Below are positions 63,024 to 64,000 of a stretch of 64,000 nucleotides of DNA, piece by piece. A program made the translations under genes and the position numbers. Below the pieces are notes generated by a model, which saw nothing but the letters and a program-made list of their open reading frames with translations, was not told the origin of the DNA and made no database searches. Within the stretch, counting starts at the first letter, position 1; each line of letters opens with the position of its first letter. The stretch comes from Squalus acanthias (taxonomy: Eukaryota): the NCBI GenBank assembly GCA_030390025.1, contig CM059437.1, forward strand, positions 94,054,001 to 94,118,000. Direction: 5' to 3'.

Positions 63024-63755
63024 TGGGCTGGATTTTGTCTTGGGGTCGTGTAATCCGAATTTCGTGTTTCCCCCCCCAACTCCAGATTAATGTGGATGAA
63101 TGATGCAATTTTCACTTAATTGGGCAATTGAGTTGCAGCATGTGGGAACCCATGAACTAATTAGTGGTTTCAGTCTGAAACCCGCCTCTGATGATGTCAT
63201 CATTGCTGCCTGCCTGCTCTCACAGATTGTCTGGCTACTGGTGAGAGAGGACCTGTCTGCATTGCTTCTGATGTGAGTGGACCTGGATATGTCAGAGAGA
63301 GAGAGAGAGAGAGAGATTTTTGCATCCAAGTCCTCTTACACCAAATGCCATGACATTGAATGTAGCAGTATCAGAGGTGACTTTCACACCTAATACTACT
63401 ACTACTACCTTCATCACATCTCCGTTGTAATAGTGGACTTGCAGCCGATAGTCAGCTATCCACTTGTGCTCCCGCCAGGTTTCACTGGAGTGTTTCACAT
63501 CAGGCGTACTTCACGTCAGAAAAGGGTTAAACTAGCTAAAACGTTTCAAAATAGCATTACAGACCCAATTTAGGGCTTGTTAAGGACTTTAATGGCCTCT
63601 CCCGCCTCTTGGAGGCGGGAGAGAGTCGGGAACCCCGCGACTGATTTAGTCAAAATTGCGTGAAGTCGGGATGGGGTCGGGACCCCTGACCCTGCAAATT
63701 TAACCCCCCACACGCCTCCAAACCCGACTCCATGGGTCATTCAAAATCCAGCCCA
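63024..63755. mobile_element. Putative non-autonomous DNA transposon (~730 bp, possibly PIF/Harbinger-like)
   Basis: Perfect 14-bp TIR TGGGCTGGATTTTG / CAAAATCCAGCCCA; imperfect TSD (CAC/CAG); the same left terminus recurs at ~57807. Confidence 0.6.
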
Positions 63756-64000
63756 CAGGGTGGGGAGCACAGCAAAGTAGCCAGGACAGAAGATGTAGGT
63801 TGCGCAGCGCAGCGAGGCAAATTTCTTAGCAGCCTAGATTTTAACAGTTGCACGTATACACTACAAATGTGCATATAATTACCGCGGATGTGACGTCACT
63901 CTATTGACGCGCACTCAGACACCGTTTAGAAATAATACACTAACACTGTTCAGTCCCCTGACCTGGAACTGTGATTATGTCTAACGGTATGATATGCATA

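Noticed and set aside
63890-63899. Palindromic CRE site GTGACGTCAC
   Set aside because: A single short motif near the window edge with no supporting promoter context.
1-64000. Prokaryote-type systems (CRISPR arrays, operons, retrons)
   Set aside because: This is spliced vertebrate DNA; there are no repeat-spacer arrays, and all RT fragments are decayed non-LTR retrotransposons.

Overview
Vertebrate genomic DNA, most likely a shark/elasmobranch (inferred from the DeuSINE/SacSINE1-like, CR1/HER1-like and Penelope repeat complement). It is intron-rich, has two assembly gaps and holds two divergently transcribed genes. (1) On the minus strand lies the 5' part of GOLGA3 (golgin-160): a probable non-coding first exon in a CpG island at ~38.5-39.1 kb, then 8 coding exons (23928 to 390) that splice with canonical GT-AG sites and consistent phases; the gene continues off the left edge. 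(2) On the plus strand is an unnamed type-I membrane protein gene: a signal-peptide exon (47266-47361) spliced to a 1052-nt exon (59822-60873). This exon encodes a CUB domain split in two by a ~190-aa acidic S/T-rich insertion, followed by a transmembrane helix; the cytoplasmic exons were not found in the window. The rest is mostly decayed mobile elements: CR1, L2, Tx1, a long LINE with a tRNA-like head whose ends match short SINE copies, DeuSINEs, Penelope-like remnants (one intact minimal hammerhead ribozyme, two fold-back insertions) and MITEs. Most ORFs in the supplied track are repeat-derived or spurious. Exon boundaries were read base by base; repeat boundaries are approximate.
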